The position numbers and the translations under genes are program-made. The notes beneath the pieces were generated by a model, which saw only the letters and a program-made list of their open reading frames with translations, did no database searches and was not told the origin of the DNA. A stretch of DNA of 63,454 nucleotides, filler included, from Octopus bimaculoides (Eukaryota), in NCBI RefSeq assembly GCF_001194135.2. It is 8 parts of 8 records of this genome, joined end to end, with 100 filler letters (N's around TTAATTAATTAA, not from the genome) between each part and the next. Parts side by side here need not be neighbours in the genome. Positions count along the whole stretch, not along the records: positions 1 to 15,653 come from NC_068984.1; 7 more parts are not named here. The stretch is one strand, 5' to 3'. The number at the start of each line of letters is the position of its first letter. Positions within the stretch are counted from its first letter, which is position 1. This document shows positions 1-12,577 of this stretch, in pieces.

Positions 1-11
1 ATATATATATA

Positions 12-424
12 CTCGAAGTGATCTTTCATGTTCCTCTTCACGTTTTCCGTATCTCTAGCATTTTCGTCCGAGATTCTTCCGCCAGGCTCCGCTGGCTTGC
101 AGTTTTTGCTTTCCACATGCAGCTTTTAATTTTCTGGATCAGCAAATTGTAGTCTTTATCGAACTCTTCAAGTTGATACCAAATTTTCTTCTTGATAGCT
201 TCTTGTAACTATTACAAATCAAAGGTCTTGACTCGTTGATTCTTCATTGAGATGATCTCTAAATCATCGAAAAAGGGGGCTAGATCGCGTGTGTCGGAAA
301 TCCTGGTTTCGCGGACGGCCGTCACATCTATAATTAGTGATCTGAAGTCGTTGAGCAGACGAATCTGCTTCTAAAGCGACTCCAGGTCACGAACATTTAT
401 ATAACCTGCTCTTAAGCGCGCCAT
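12..424 (-). pseudogene. LINE ORF2 apurinic-like endonuclease N-terminus (stops; apparently internally deleted)
   Basis: ATG at 424 reads MARLRAGYINVRDLESL*KQIRLLNDFRSLIIDVTAVRETRI, matching the APE motifs xNVRGL and DIxxxQET. Confidence 0.75.
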
Positions 425-560
425 GATGACCGGATAGAGTTTGGAGAAGACACAAAAGGGCATCTACTTATCCACTGGGTGTTGCTAGAAGTCAGGTGGC
501 TCAACGTCCATAAGCTGCTTGGGTTCCTTTGGAATCCCTTTAAAAGCCCACTCATGGCTT

Positions 561-2527
561 TTACATTAGGGATTCCCACGTCTTGAGGGAAGCTCTCCCT
601 AATGTTTTATATGTCTCTATGTGCATTCGCACCAACACCAGTGCTTCTGGCACTTGAAAGCTACTGGTGCCGAAGATCACACCCTCTCTCTCGACGTCCT
701 TCCTTCGTGCTATGAGGGCCATCAATTGTTTGTTGGCCCTCCTCACTAGTACGGGCCATCAATTGTTTGTTGGCCCTCCTCACTAGTACGAAGTTTGGTG
801 TTTGAGTGGTTGGTTGTTGCTGTTGGGAGTGCTTTCTTTTGGTTAGTTGTTGCAGTTGAGGTAGTTGGTGGAACTGGTTGTGATTTCGGAGCTAGAGAAG
901 TTGGTGATGCTGTATGTGTGTCTGTGAAAGTTCTGGGTGTGTTTTCTATGTTGTTTTGTGTGTATGTTGATGTGGGGTATGATGTTTTATTTTGATTCCT
1001 TTTTGGTTCTTTTGGTTTTGGGGGTTCCCCCTCATTTTCACTGCAGATGAATCCATGTCTGTGGAATCGGAGTGTGAATCAATGAAAGCATTCGGGTTTG
1101 GAGTAGACGGAGAGAAGAAATGTGTGTGTGTGTGTGTGGGGGGGCTTCATTGGGAGCGCCACTGGGTGCTGTGTGTGTCCGCCTTTATTATTCCTTCTGC
1201 CGTTGAAAGGAATAGTGGTGGTGCATCTATTGTTGGTGTTGGTGTTGCCGGTGTTGCTGTCGTTGCTAGAGTTGCTGCTGTGGCTGGTGTTAGTACTGTT
1301 GCTGGAGTTGCTGTTGTTGCTGGTGTTGGTGGTCTTGCAGCATTTACCGATTTTGCTGTTCCTGTTATTGATAATGCCGTTGTTGCCAGGGTTGGAGCTG
1401 CTTTTGTTGCTGATCGATGCTGGTTTAGTTGTTGAGGCTTTTTGGGACCTGATGATGGCAGTAAGAGATTTCCATGGTGCTCCTGTCTTCTGTTTGGAGG
1501 CAGAAAGCTCTCAAGTGGCCTGTCTCCCTTCACAAGTGGTACTGTGGATTTCTACCCTCAGCCGTAACGTGTAGCTCTTCCTCTCCTTGAAGGCGAATGA
1601 GGCATGGGATCTTATGGATTGCTTCTGGTCTAATATGAAGGAGCACCTCCACACTGGTCCCAGACCAATTTTCGTGATGGGTCCTCTTCACCTCCAGGAG
1701 GCGATTGCTCCCTTCCAAACCAATACACGCTAAAATCCGTCGCAAGTTACCTCCGGTGGTACTCCAGTGATCTTTATGCGCACCATCCTCCTTCCTAAAT
1801 AGGATGGGTGGAGCACATATTTTTCACTCCGACAGGGAACCACGAAGTGTTTGACGGCCAGAGCTTCAGACTTAAAGAGCACTGAAATACCCGCAAACTG
1901 TTTTGCCCTCGTGACATGCTGAATGTCGGGCATTGTGTCCTCCAGTGCCCCTTCCATGTCTGCCTAACTAGCCACCTCCAGCTACTTTGTGCTGACAGAA
2001 ATGCATTTATACTTAACTGTTTTCTTGTTTTGTTTCTGCTAACACCTCGAGAGGGATGGCAATGTCCGTCTGCGCTTTCTCCAGTTTTATCAGTTTAGCT
2101 GCCTTAGCTAGACAAATGTCTTTCTGAAGCTGGTCCATTTAAAAATCTCTGCTTTTCGCCGCCGTTGCTGCGAATGTATTGTTGTTGATATTATCGCTGG
2201 TAATTACAATTTTGTCCGTTGTAGTGGTGGCGGCGGAGTAGGGTGTGGTCGTGTTCGTAGTCTTGTCACTGCTGCTAATTGCTGTCTTTGGTATTGGCAC
2301 ATTCCAACTGATTGCGGGGAATTCGAGCTCATAATTTGAATTATGTTCTTGTGCTGTAATATCGCTGAATCTGCTGCTGCTGTTTGTTGACTTAGTGGTA
2401 ATTTGGTCCGCTGAACTTCTTCTATTTGTGGGTAATAGGCGGAGGGTGCTACAGCGTCTTGCACCTCCCTATCTGAACCACCTCCCACTTGCTCTTCCCT
2501 GTCCTTCAGCGAGGCTGACTTCGCTAT
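561..2527 (-). pseudogene. Tx1-like ORF1 (gag-like, CCHC knuckle, long Thr/Ala/Pro-rich linker), frameshifted
   Basis: ORF-track fragments 2204-2488, 1730-1957, 1530-1745, 1147-1533 and 561-746 are collinear on the minus strand upstream of ORF2. Confidence 0.65.
716..789. repeat. Perfect 37-bp tandem duplication inside LINE ORF1
   Basis: GGGCCATCAATTGTTTGTTGGCCCTCCTCACTAGTAC occurs at 716-752 and 753-789. Confidence 0.95.
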
Positions 2528-2746
2528 GTTTGTTTTTTAAATTAATTTTTCGAAATAAAATGAACATTATTAATTTTTTTCTTTGATTTTAGTCCCCAAT
2601 TGGGCACCAACAACGAAAACAACCAGACCTATGCAAAGGTGGTAGTTTTTGACAAACGTTTTGTAACAAAATAACCAATGAACAACTTTTGGAAACAGAA
2701 TTAAGAGCGAAACACGAGCGAACAAACACATGCATTCCGTCAGAAC

Positions 2747-2747
<1 letters not shown>

Positions 2748-2794
<47 letters not shown>
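2748..2794. repeat. (AAT)n microsatellite
   Basis: Direct reading. Confidence 0.95.
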
Positions 2795-2795
<1 letters not shown>

Positions 2796-2797
2796 CC

Positions 2798-3247
2798 GGT
2801 GCTCCTTTGGCGTGTGATCTACAAGGGAGATTACTTTAGGTTACTTTTTAGTTTACTTTTCAATTTCTAAATACCCGTAAGATGTTGGCTAAAGATTTTT
2901 AAAATGCGAGCAGCAACGAGACGAAGAAGAGTTGCAATTTTACAAGAAACCAGCGCTAAATTTACATCATTTCTTAAGAAAAAGAAACGTGCCACTTTGC
3001 TGTGTGGTCTACAATGTAAAGGAAGATTACTTTAGATAACTTTTTGGCTTACCTTTTGTTAGTGTTACTTTCCATGTGATCTACTTTGGTGGGTGATCTA
3101 TGCGCTTATTTTAATTATTATATGGTTTTCTTATCAAAATAGTAAGAATTTTGAAAAGATATATTTACAATGCTTAAGTATGTACAAAATTATTTAAAAA
3201 GTAACCTAAAGTAGTCTCCCTTGTAGATCACAATCCAAAAGAGAACC
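2798..3247. mobile_element. MITE with ~52-bp terminal inverted repeats (superfamily unclear)
   Basis: Left arm GGTGCTCCTTTGGCGTGTGATCTACAAGGGAGATTACTTTAGGTTACTTTTT; reverse complement of right arm GGTTCTCTTTTGGATTGTGATCTACAAGGGAGACTACTTTAGGTTACTTTTT. A partial third copy lies near 3020-3050. No clear TSD. Confidence 0.8.
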
Positions 3248-3250
3248 AAA

Positions 3251-3500
3251 AATCCTTTCTACTAAAGGCACAAGGTCTGAAAATTTGGGTAAGGGAGCCA
3301 GTCGATTACATCGATCCCAGTACTTATTTCAACAGCCCCGAAAGGATGAAAGGCAAAGTCGACTTCGTCGGAATAATAGTAATAATATGATAATAATAAT
3401 AATCCTTTCTACCATAGGCACTCGGCCTGACATTTTGGTGGGAGAGGATAGTCAATTACATCGACCCCAGTGCTCAACTGGTACTATTTTATCGACTCCC
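3251..3500 (-). mobile_element. Two partial tRNA-derived SINE copies, family A (octopus OK/OR1/OR2 group; exact family not verified)
   Basis: Reverse complement of the ...TTTCATCCTTTCGGGG..AAATAAGTAC..GGGTCGATGTAATCGACT.. body at 3251-3373 and 3402-3500. Confidence 0.75.
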
Positions 3501-4046
3501 GAGTCCATTTTTAACGTCCACGCCCACATTTTCCTTTTTTATTTTTGCCGTCAGTCACAACTTACAGTTGCTTTTTATCTTCATTCGTTCCTTATCATTA
3601 CAAGACGATGAAGTGGTGCTACTGTGAGAAAGGCCTCTGCTCGTCAGTTTCTGGCACAAACAATGAGTCGAATTTTTTGTTAATACTCGGAGTTGGGACA
3701 TGTAGTGTTCTGGAAGCAGCAGTTTCTAGATCCTGCTGCTGTTGTTGCTGGTTCTTTTGCTCTCTTTCCTCTTCTAGCATTTTGGTTTTTGGGAACAGAA
3801 AGCTATCAACTGATATTTATATGCGACAACTAGGATTTTTGCCATGTACCGCCAGTCATGTCACTTTTCTTTTTGTAACGGCGATGGGGTTCATCTATGG
3901 AATGACTCGGTTGTCCTCAGAATATCCATGTTCATGCAGATCCTACTGTACTACATGTCGATTTTGGTTGCGTTAGCGCTAACAAACTGCTTTTATAGCA
4001 TCAATAAATTGGTCAATATCGCTGTCAATATCTCTGGTTGTCTCAC

Positions 4047-4262
4047 GGCGGCGTGCTGGTAGAATCGTTAGCACGCCGGGCAAAATGTTTAGCGGCATTT
4101 CATCCGTCTTCGTGTTCTGGGTTCAAATTCCGCCGATATCGACTTAGCCTTTCATCCTTTGAGATCGATAAAATAAGTACCAGTTGAACATTGAGGTCGA
4201 TGTAATCGACTTATCTCCACCCCACGAACTTGCTGGTCTTGTGCAAAAATTTGAAATCAATA
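4047..4262 (+). mobile_element. SINE family A, near full length
   Basis: Head GGCGGCGTGCTGGTAGAATCGTTAGC (A-box-like) and GGTTCAAATTCC (B box), then the body with GTCGATGTAATCGAC hairpin. Confidence 0.85.
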
Positions 4263-4922
4263 TATTTGGTTGCTTCGTGCCTATGTATTTATTGTAGCAG
4301 AAACCCGTGAGCAGGTGTGTTATGCATCAATTCAAACTATTGCTTTACCTTGTAATCGGTTTCGAAGACTAAGCATAGTCTCATAGGTTCTTTCTCAGTC
4401 GTTGGAAACAAGAATATTCCATATGCAACTTCTTTCGACTGCTTCTTTGAAGGCATACTGAGCCTCTCCATTTAATAGAAAGAGGGTTGAAACTTTTATT
4501 CCAAGAAGATAAAACCGTTAGGTAAGGGATCTGAGAGTTTCGTGACATGCTTGTCACAATTTCTTTAAATGTTCATGAGAGTCGACTCTATTCAGAATTA
4601 CTTTTCCGCAGGCAATATTAGCGAAAGATTGCTAACTTTGTGACCGTCTTCATTGCTGTTTGTCGTTTGTGAAATTGTTCTTTTTTTCTGCGCTGTGCAT
4701 ATATCTGTGTTTGTTTGGTTAAGTGTTGTCAGTTTTTCTTCCTGCGTGCCAAATTTGATTTTTAAGTTCATGTTCGTGTTTTTAAAAAATTAGGAGACAT
4801 GTTCAAAATTCTTGATGGCGTGTAAACCAGACGAAGAAGAAAACAGTTACACAAAGCTAATATTTACAAAATATAACAAAAATGTCCAACAACGAACAAG
4901 TGACAGATCAATATTTCAAAAT

Positions 4923-5520
<598 letters not shown>

Positions 5521-6039
5521 GCGTAAGCAATCATCATTGTTAAACATTTAGAAGAATAGAATAAGGCTATTATAGTCTGATATACAGTGTATATGCAGTC
5601 AACAATTGATATTTCGTCACCACAAAAATCGTATTCATAGCTTGCAAAGCAACAAATAAACTTCAAGAAATGCCGTATATACTTTTCAATTGTAACTTAT
5701 TTGCTGTGACAGCGACTCAAGTCTATAGATCAGAGACGGGAGATAGATATGAAAATAGAGCAAAGTGTTATTAATGCAACATCGCAACATTTCAGAGAAA
5801 GAGAGAGAATAAGAGTTAGAGAGAGAGAGGGGGTGGGGAATGAATGAATGAATGAATGAATGAATGAATGACTAGCTGCTATTGTAGCAGCATTGAAGTG
5901 AGAAAGGGAAAGTAAAAAACAGCTACATCTCAGAAGTGTTTGTGAGAAAATTTCATAAAAGCTGCAGACTTCATACATAGTAAATGTTGTTAGTCTTTGG
6001 AGGAATTTCTGAATTAGAACCTATGGGCTTTTAATTAGT

Positions 6040-6720
6040 TTTGTTGAAAGAGGAAGTCTGAAGCAAATATGATATGGAAACGAACCAGTAGATTAACCAG
6101 TTGGAAAGTAGAAAAGAAGGTTAAACCAGCAAAAAGCACATGGGTTAAAGAAAGACATAAAGAATTAGTAACAAATCATAAAGTACATAACTCCAGAGAA
6201 ACATACCAAAAAAATCTAACCAAAGAATGGGTAACTAAATGCGAAGTTGTTGAAGAAAAATATGGCAATGTTTTAACCAAAACAAATGGAGAAACTGAAA
6301 GATGGAGAGAAGACTGCGAGGAACTTTACAGTCACAAAACAGTAGTAGATAGTAATGTGTTAACATAATTAAGGAAAGAAATTTCCTTTAATATACAGAA
6401 AGAAACACAAATGATATCAGATGTTGCATAAGCATTTACAATACTAAAATGTGATAAATCACCTGGAAACTATACAAAACTATTAAAGTAGATGAGGTGC
6501 TTATGTCACTGATGTTCTTTATGAAATTTGTGATGATGCTTTATACACTGGAGAATGGGACTGAATTAATTGTTATAACACTAAAAAGCAAAAAAAAAAA
6601 AAAAAAAAAAAAAAAAGCACCATGTGTGAAAACAACGATACGCTTCACTTAATTAGTTAATCAAGCAAGGTATTGCTGTTTTACTTATATGAATGGACCA
6701 ATTAGAAAAATAACAGGTGA
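6040..6720 (+). pseudogene. RTE-clade LINE ORF2 fragment (endonuclease-RT linker into RT domains 0-1), heavily decayed
   Basis: HNSRETYQK, ERWREDCEELY, LKCDKSPG, TGEW and degenerate CENxxTxxLIS..SKVLL appear in the order typical of RTE/BovB-like RTs. Confidence 0.75.
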
Positions 6721-6896
6721 AGTACAGTTTTATGTATGAAACTCATTATCCGTGTAATCGGTGTTTATTCGATGTCAATTGCTACGTACATGCATGCATG
6801 CATACATACATACATTACATAGATATGTATGTATTGTTCGTAAGTTACTTTGTAGATATACATTCGGGGCTAATGCAGTTTCGCACCTTTCCTTGA

Positions 6897-7160
6897 AAAA
6901 TGCATTTTTAAAAACAATTCTTTTGGATTTCTACGTTTTAGATGTCGGAGATTAAGAATATGTAAAAAAATAAAATATTTAACCCGCCACCACCTCTTCC
7001 CCGCCTCCAATTTCAATTTTTGATTTTGTTTACTTTAAAGAGATTGTAGCGAATTGACGAAAATATGCAAATCGAAATTAAATACAAATGCATTTTTTTA
7101 AAAACTTTTTTCGGATTCCTACGTTTTAGATGTCGGATATTACGAATATGCAAAAAAAAA
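6897..7160. repeat. Two direct copies (~72 bp) of an unclassified repeat module
   Basis: AATGCATTTTT..AAAAAC..GGATTYCTACGTTTTAGATGTCGGAKATTAMGAATATGYAAAAAA at ~6897-6970 and ~7086-7160. Similar to the arm at 46870-46906. Confidence 0.8.
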
Positions 7161-8099
7161 AAAAAAAAATTTCTTTATAATTTGCTTTAGTGATTATAGG
7201 CTTGTTTCCAAGAAGAGAGAAACACTGTTCAGCAGATTTGTAACGTTAATATTCTAATAGTGAATTACTCAGAACACCAGTCAGTTCTTTACTAGATATT
7301 TATTTGAAAATTATTTTGACCATAGGGAACTGTGGACGAGAAAGCATAATATCAGCCTATCAACAGTAAATGTTATAGATGTGAACATGTGAAATTTCTG
7401 ATTTTTATTTGAGAATCACCAAGTAACTGGTTTAAAACAACAGAAGATGCCAAAGATCATATTTATTCACCAAGACTTTTCAGTATGTTTCTAAAAGACA
7501 ATATTACTGTAGTCTTTGTGTCTTCTGAAAGAAATGATAGAGTGGGAGATGAAAAAAAAAAGACTAATAAGAATAAAGGCAGCAAAGAAAGAAGAAACGG
7601 AAAGAGAGTGCCAGAGAGAGCTATGCAAGGAAACAGTGAAAGAAAACTGATACAAGTGTAAGGTATTTAAAAATGCTGATTATGTCGTATTGAATAAAGA
7701 TGATTTTCTAATTGAATCATGTACATAGTTGAAATCTTCAATAACGAAAGAAATATTTTGCTGAAAAATCAAAATTGAAATTTATAAATGTTTTCTAGAT
7801 ATTATAGACTTTAGTAATTACTTTTTTGTAGTAAAAGTTGCACACTCATAACTAATTAACATGCAGATGTCTTTATCATAGTACAGATATTTTGTTTCCT
7901 GTTGTTGTTGCAGATGCTAGTAGATCACATTAATAAAACATGCTTTGGTATCAATATATACAAAGTTAAATGTAGCCATCTCTAAAATATAGAACTGTTT
8001 TAAATGTACTACTATGAAAGAATAAATTATTTTCTATCAAGAACTAATGTTTTGGGTGATGTGATTTTAAATGAAGAATTTAGGTAATCAAGTTAAATT

Positions 8100-9880
8100 T
8101 CACACAACTTTTGCACAGTATTCATAGTATCATCCGAAGATCCCAAAACAGTTGCTTGATGTTTCCAATCTCAGCGACTTTAGCATAATCGCTAGGACAG
8201 TATGGCAGAAGATATACTTAGTCAAACACAACAAGAATAGAAAAATACCACATCAAGAGTTTACCTCTGCCAGATTAGCCAATTATTAATACGCATTGAT
8301 AATACTGTACTGTTCATGGTTGGCAAAAATTTTGAACATAGTGGATTGTCAATCGAGTACGAAGTGTAGCTTCAACTTTTAATGACAAGATTCTTTATGA
8401 AACTAGCAATGACATTCAGTACCCGGAACAGTATGTCCACTAAAATAATCTCATGGTTCCAGATAAAACAAAGCTTAAACAAAACTCAAGAAAATACGAT
8501 ATCTGACACACGAGGAACAGTTTTCTTTGATGCTATTAGTTGTGTAGCCAAAGAAACTTTTGATCAGCCTAATTTTGGCAAAAATTAGTTCACACAGGCT
8601 GCTATTCAGACGTCCTCTGAAATTACTGCAACTTTGCTCATATGTGGTAAAAATGTTCATTCTGATTTGAAGCCTTCACTTAACCTTGTACATTATAAAA
8701 GTTGTGCGTATAAAAATTGCGATCACTTCAACATCTGATGTGTGGCACATCATGCGTCTGAACAGGCAATGTTGATTTGATGGAAAGAATGAACTCATGT
8801 ATAGCTTAAACATTCGATCACTATAAACAGATCTTCTGTGCAGGTTGTTCAGCGAGAAATTGCGGAATTGTCTTTCTCAGATTCGAGAGACTATCAAGAA
8901 GTACAATATTAGTAAAGATGAAGTTGAAATTATGAGATAAATGAGCAATGTATCGCTGACTTGCTTTTGAGGCTCTCAATTGCACCTTGCAACATACGCA
9001 GAGGTGGAGTTATAGTCCTCTCTGGTGATTTCAGGTAAACTCTGCCAGTCATCCCAAAGGTACATCTGCTCTCTCTCCAAACCTTACGTTTGGAGACGAG
9101 AAGAAAAACTTCATCTTTCTACCAACATGAGTGTTGTAGCTTAACAGGGATATCTCAGCGACCCAGTTTGCAAATGTTTTAACATCATTCGGGGGCAATG
9201 GCCGGCTAGCAGCCGGCACTGAGAGTGGAAATGTCAAATTATAAAAAGTATGATAGAAATACTAATGAAAATTTATCCTAGACCCTCACAGAATTATAGA
9301 AACTATGAGTGGATTTCTGAACGTGCCACCCCAGCTCTAGAATATGACATTGTGCAGAATATTAACACCACCGTCATTTAACAGGTCTAATTCAAATCAG
9401 TCTAATTCAAATGATACAAGTTAGTTCACAGAGTATATGATGTTGATAATGCTGCCAACTTGCCAACAAAAGTTTTCAAAATTGTTCAGCTCACTGGTGT
9501 CCTCCCTTATAATCTGCAACTGAAAGTAGGAGAACCCATTTGGATGCATCAAAACTTTGTAACGGTGCAAATTTAAGTATCAAAACACTTTTGTGCCATG
9601 TAATCAAAGCCACCACTAACACTGGTTGTGCCAAGAGAGATGCTTTCATTTCACGCTCTCCTCTCATCGCATGAGATAAGCTATTTTATTTCAAGCACCT
9701 TTAGTTCCCCATGTCACTGTTTTTTTTACTATCAACATCAACTAGTCCTAGGGATAGAGCCTTAAGGTTGCAGAATTGAACTGACAAGTCTGTTACTGCC
9801 ATAATCAATTTTATACTACAGGCTTACGTGCTGGAGCAAGCAGACATATTTTCACAGGAGCACCATCAAACCACTATTTC
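8100..9880 (+). pseudogene. Helitron RepHel C-terminal PIF1-type helicase, decayed
   Basis: Collinear motifs: DSMAEDIL; GTVFFDA..LISLILAKI (Walker A region); TSSEITATLLICGKNVHSDLK; VIVLSGDFR*TLPVIPK; QNYRNYEWISERA; GVLPYNLQLKVGEP; KLCNG; degenerate F.TINxSxGxSL. Many stops and frameshifts. Confidence 0.85.
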
Positions 9881-10699
9881 TCTTTTTCTTTCTTCTTCAC
9901 TCATACACACATTCTCACGCACATTTACATACTCACTAACTCACTCACCTTCCCCCACACACAAACTCACATATTCACATATATATTCACACACATTCTC
10001 ACAAACACACATACACTCGCTCACGCTCACATTGTCACACAAGCACTCACACATTTATTAACTCACTCTGTCTCTCTTCATACCTTCTATTATACCTTAC
10101 TATTATACTTTCCTCTCCAAGCTGATCTCTAAGATACCAACTCCCTCTCCCACTACCACACTCAGATCTCCTCCTACTACCCTCGACCTCTCTTCTCCCT
10201 CTTACTCTTTATATACTATGCATCTTACCGATCTTTTATCTTCACTCCTCACCTATTCTCTCTAAATCCTCTTCTCTTTCTCTCTTAACCTCTCCCTCTA
10301 CTACCATATTTGATCAGATGTTCCTCTAACATACACTCCTCCATTTTTCCCCACCACCATGCCATTCCATTATTCCTTCTATTCCGTCTCTTTCCACCTC
10401 CCACCCCTTTTCCTTTATATATTTATATATATAACCGAAAGCTTTCACACAATGTCATTCTATTAACCAGGGTTCTTCCACGACGGCAAACAATATTTTC
10501 CCGATATTCAGGTCTTCCCACTGACAAACCCATATTGCATTGATCAATCAAAACACAACACTAACAGTACACCCCACCATCCAACCTCTACCTATTCCAT
10601 AACAGACATTTTATTTATATAACGACAATCCTGCTCCTTCCTTCCTCCCCCTCCGTCTTCTACTTCTCCCTTCATTTCCTTCTCCAATCTCATTATTAT

Positions 10700-10810
10700 T
10701 GCCTTTCATCCTTTTGGGAGAGATAAAATAAGTACCAGTGAAGTACTGGGGTCGATGTAATCGACTTATCCCCTCCCCCTGAAATAGCTGGCGTTGTGCC
10801 AAAATTATTA
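10700..10810 (+). mobile_element. SINE family A, 3' part
   Basis: GCCTTTCATCCTTTTGGGAGAGATAAATAAGTACCAGTGAAGTACTGGGGTCGATGTAATCGACT followed by (ATC/ATT)n. Confidence 0.8.
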
Positions 10811-12536
10811 TCATCATCATCATCATTATTATCATCATCATTATTATTATTATTATATGCCCGGGATTACATATTCAGGATTTATCACAGAGGAGGAAAT
10901 TTCTACGAAGTGAAGAACGAGTTGTCCCTTTTTTTTTTCTTACCAAAGGTATAACAAGGTAAGTGACCGCTATATGATTAGTTGTTCAATATCCTACATA
11001 ATTAACACTATCTGACTGGTTGTTGTTCAATCATTCACATCACCCATGATGTCTGTGATCTGACCACTTACCAAAGAACAAGTACCTCTTAATTTTTGTA
11101 ATATTTGCATCTTCACTACGTTTTGGCCGATTTGATTTTTAATCGTCATCAGGTATCTTATTTTAAGGTGCTGAACTTATCATCAGGTACTGAACTGGAT
11201 TCGAACTACGAATGTTTATTTTTATATCAGGAGTTAAATTATGCGTAATAACACGTTTCCATTAGGCCACTAATCCAGTAGTGTCCGGGCTTATGTATGA
11301 TTGTGTGGTTAAGAAATTTGCTTCACATTCACGTGATTTCGCGTTCAAATTTCCCTAATAAAATTCCACTACGGGCAAGTACTTTTTACCCTAGCCTAAA
11401 GTCTGTTAAAGTAATTTGGATGAAACTTGGTAGACGGAAACTGAAGACCGCCGTAGACGCTGTTCCTGTTCTTTTGTAATAGACTTAATTCACTACTTGC
11501 TCTAAAACCACCACTTAGTCCTTGGGTCCATAGAGTGGACCCCGTTAAAGTCTTCCAGTTTATAAAGAGGTGAAGATTACTGCCCTTTTCTCACTGACTA
11601 AGTCATTAATACCCCAAACATTTTACAGATATTTTATAGGGACCTATAAAATGAAGTTTGGAAGGACTTTGATAACCAAAGCAGAATAAAGATAGGGATA
11701 ATACACAATATGGAAAGGAGGTGGTGTGATTAAGTTAGCTCACCCTGAAGAGCAAGAAATAAATAAAATAGCCATAGGGGAGTTTTGAATTCTAATACCA
11801 GAAAGCCAGTTTACAATAATGAAAGACTTCGAAAAAAAAAAAAAATATGGCCTAGCGTAGAAAGGTCTATAACAGTATTAAAAAAAAATACATGGAGAAA
11901 ATTTCTTGACTTTAGTGGATCAATGGTAATTGTTTGGTAAAAGTTCAATGCACTGGAGACCTAAGGGTCATGAGGTACCAATATCGATTTCATCTCATTA
12001 AATAGTTGCGTGCAAGGATCTTTTAATGGGTAATACCAAAACCTTATTCAATAGAAAGCAACGATCTTTCTGTAATTTAAGTGGTAAGGAATATATAGTT
12101 TAATGATCGCACTTATTTCAACGAATTAAAAGAGTTAAATTCTAACTAATTAATCGCTTAGAAATTGTGATGTTCTTTAGTTAAAGTGGAGTTTTGAATT
12201 GTCTTTATTTCATGACATCATTCCATTTCGTAGTGTTTTTGATTTTCATTTTCATTATATTTACTCTTTCTATCTTCTCCCCAAATGTTTGAATTTTCTA
12301 CCTGTAATAGCTTAGAGTTCACCATCTCGAAATTCAATCTCCAATGTTCGCCACAAAACAGCAGATATGTTAAACATAAGGTAAAAGTTACTATTTCATC
12401 TAACTTCCAGAATTATGTTTTCCCATACCGATCACGTAAAGTTAGTGACATGCTACGTTAACTACGTTTGCTATAAAACTGAAATAGTTAATTACTTAAG
12501 AATTTTCTTTTAATTGACATATGTATATGTGTGTGT

Positions 12537-12577
<41 letters not shown>

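Larger units (their letters stand above)
12..2747 (-). mobile_element. Tx1/L1-clade non-LTR retrotransposon, 5' portion (5'UTR, ORF1, start of ORF2), decayed
   Basis: Minus strand shows ORF1 pieces (RIKITGVPPEV; degenerate zinc knuckle GRNPQYHL*RETGHLRAFC), followed by an APE endonuclease N-terminus. The 5' end abuts (TTA)n and the 3' end breaks at (AT)n at the window start. Confidence 0.8.

Noticed and set aside
795-1574. Plus-strand hydrophobic ORFs (147 and 150 aa)
   Set aside because: They are antisense to the low-complexity linker of the LINE ORF1.
3545-4045. 143-aa + ORF, and a minus frame ending KMLEEEREQKNQQQQQQDLET
   Set aside because: No recognisable domain, the minus frame has multiple stops upstream, and splice signals are weak.
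7200-7660. Possible small exons or an RTE-like charged peptide
   Set aside because: No consistent frame or recognisable homology.
10940-10965. Perfect donor AAG|GTAAGT after a T-tract (10-nt microexon candidate); similar 7-nt case near 49830
   Set aside because: Such motifs arise often by chance in AT-rich DNA and there is no gene context.
11120-11190. Two CTGATGA motifs on the minus strand, one followed by a CGATT/AATCG stem
   Set aside because: GAAA is absent (GCCAAAA instead) and there is no stem I, so it is not a hammerhead as it stands.
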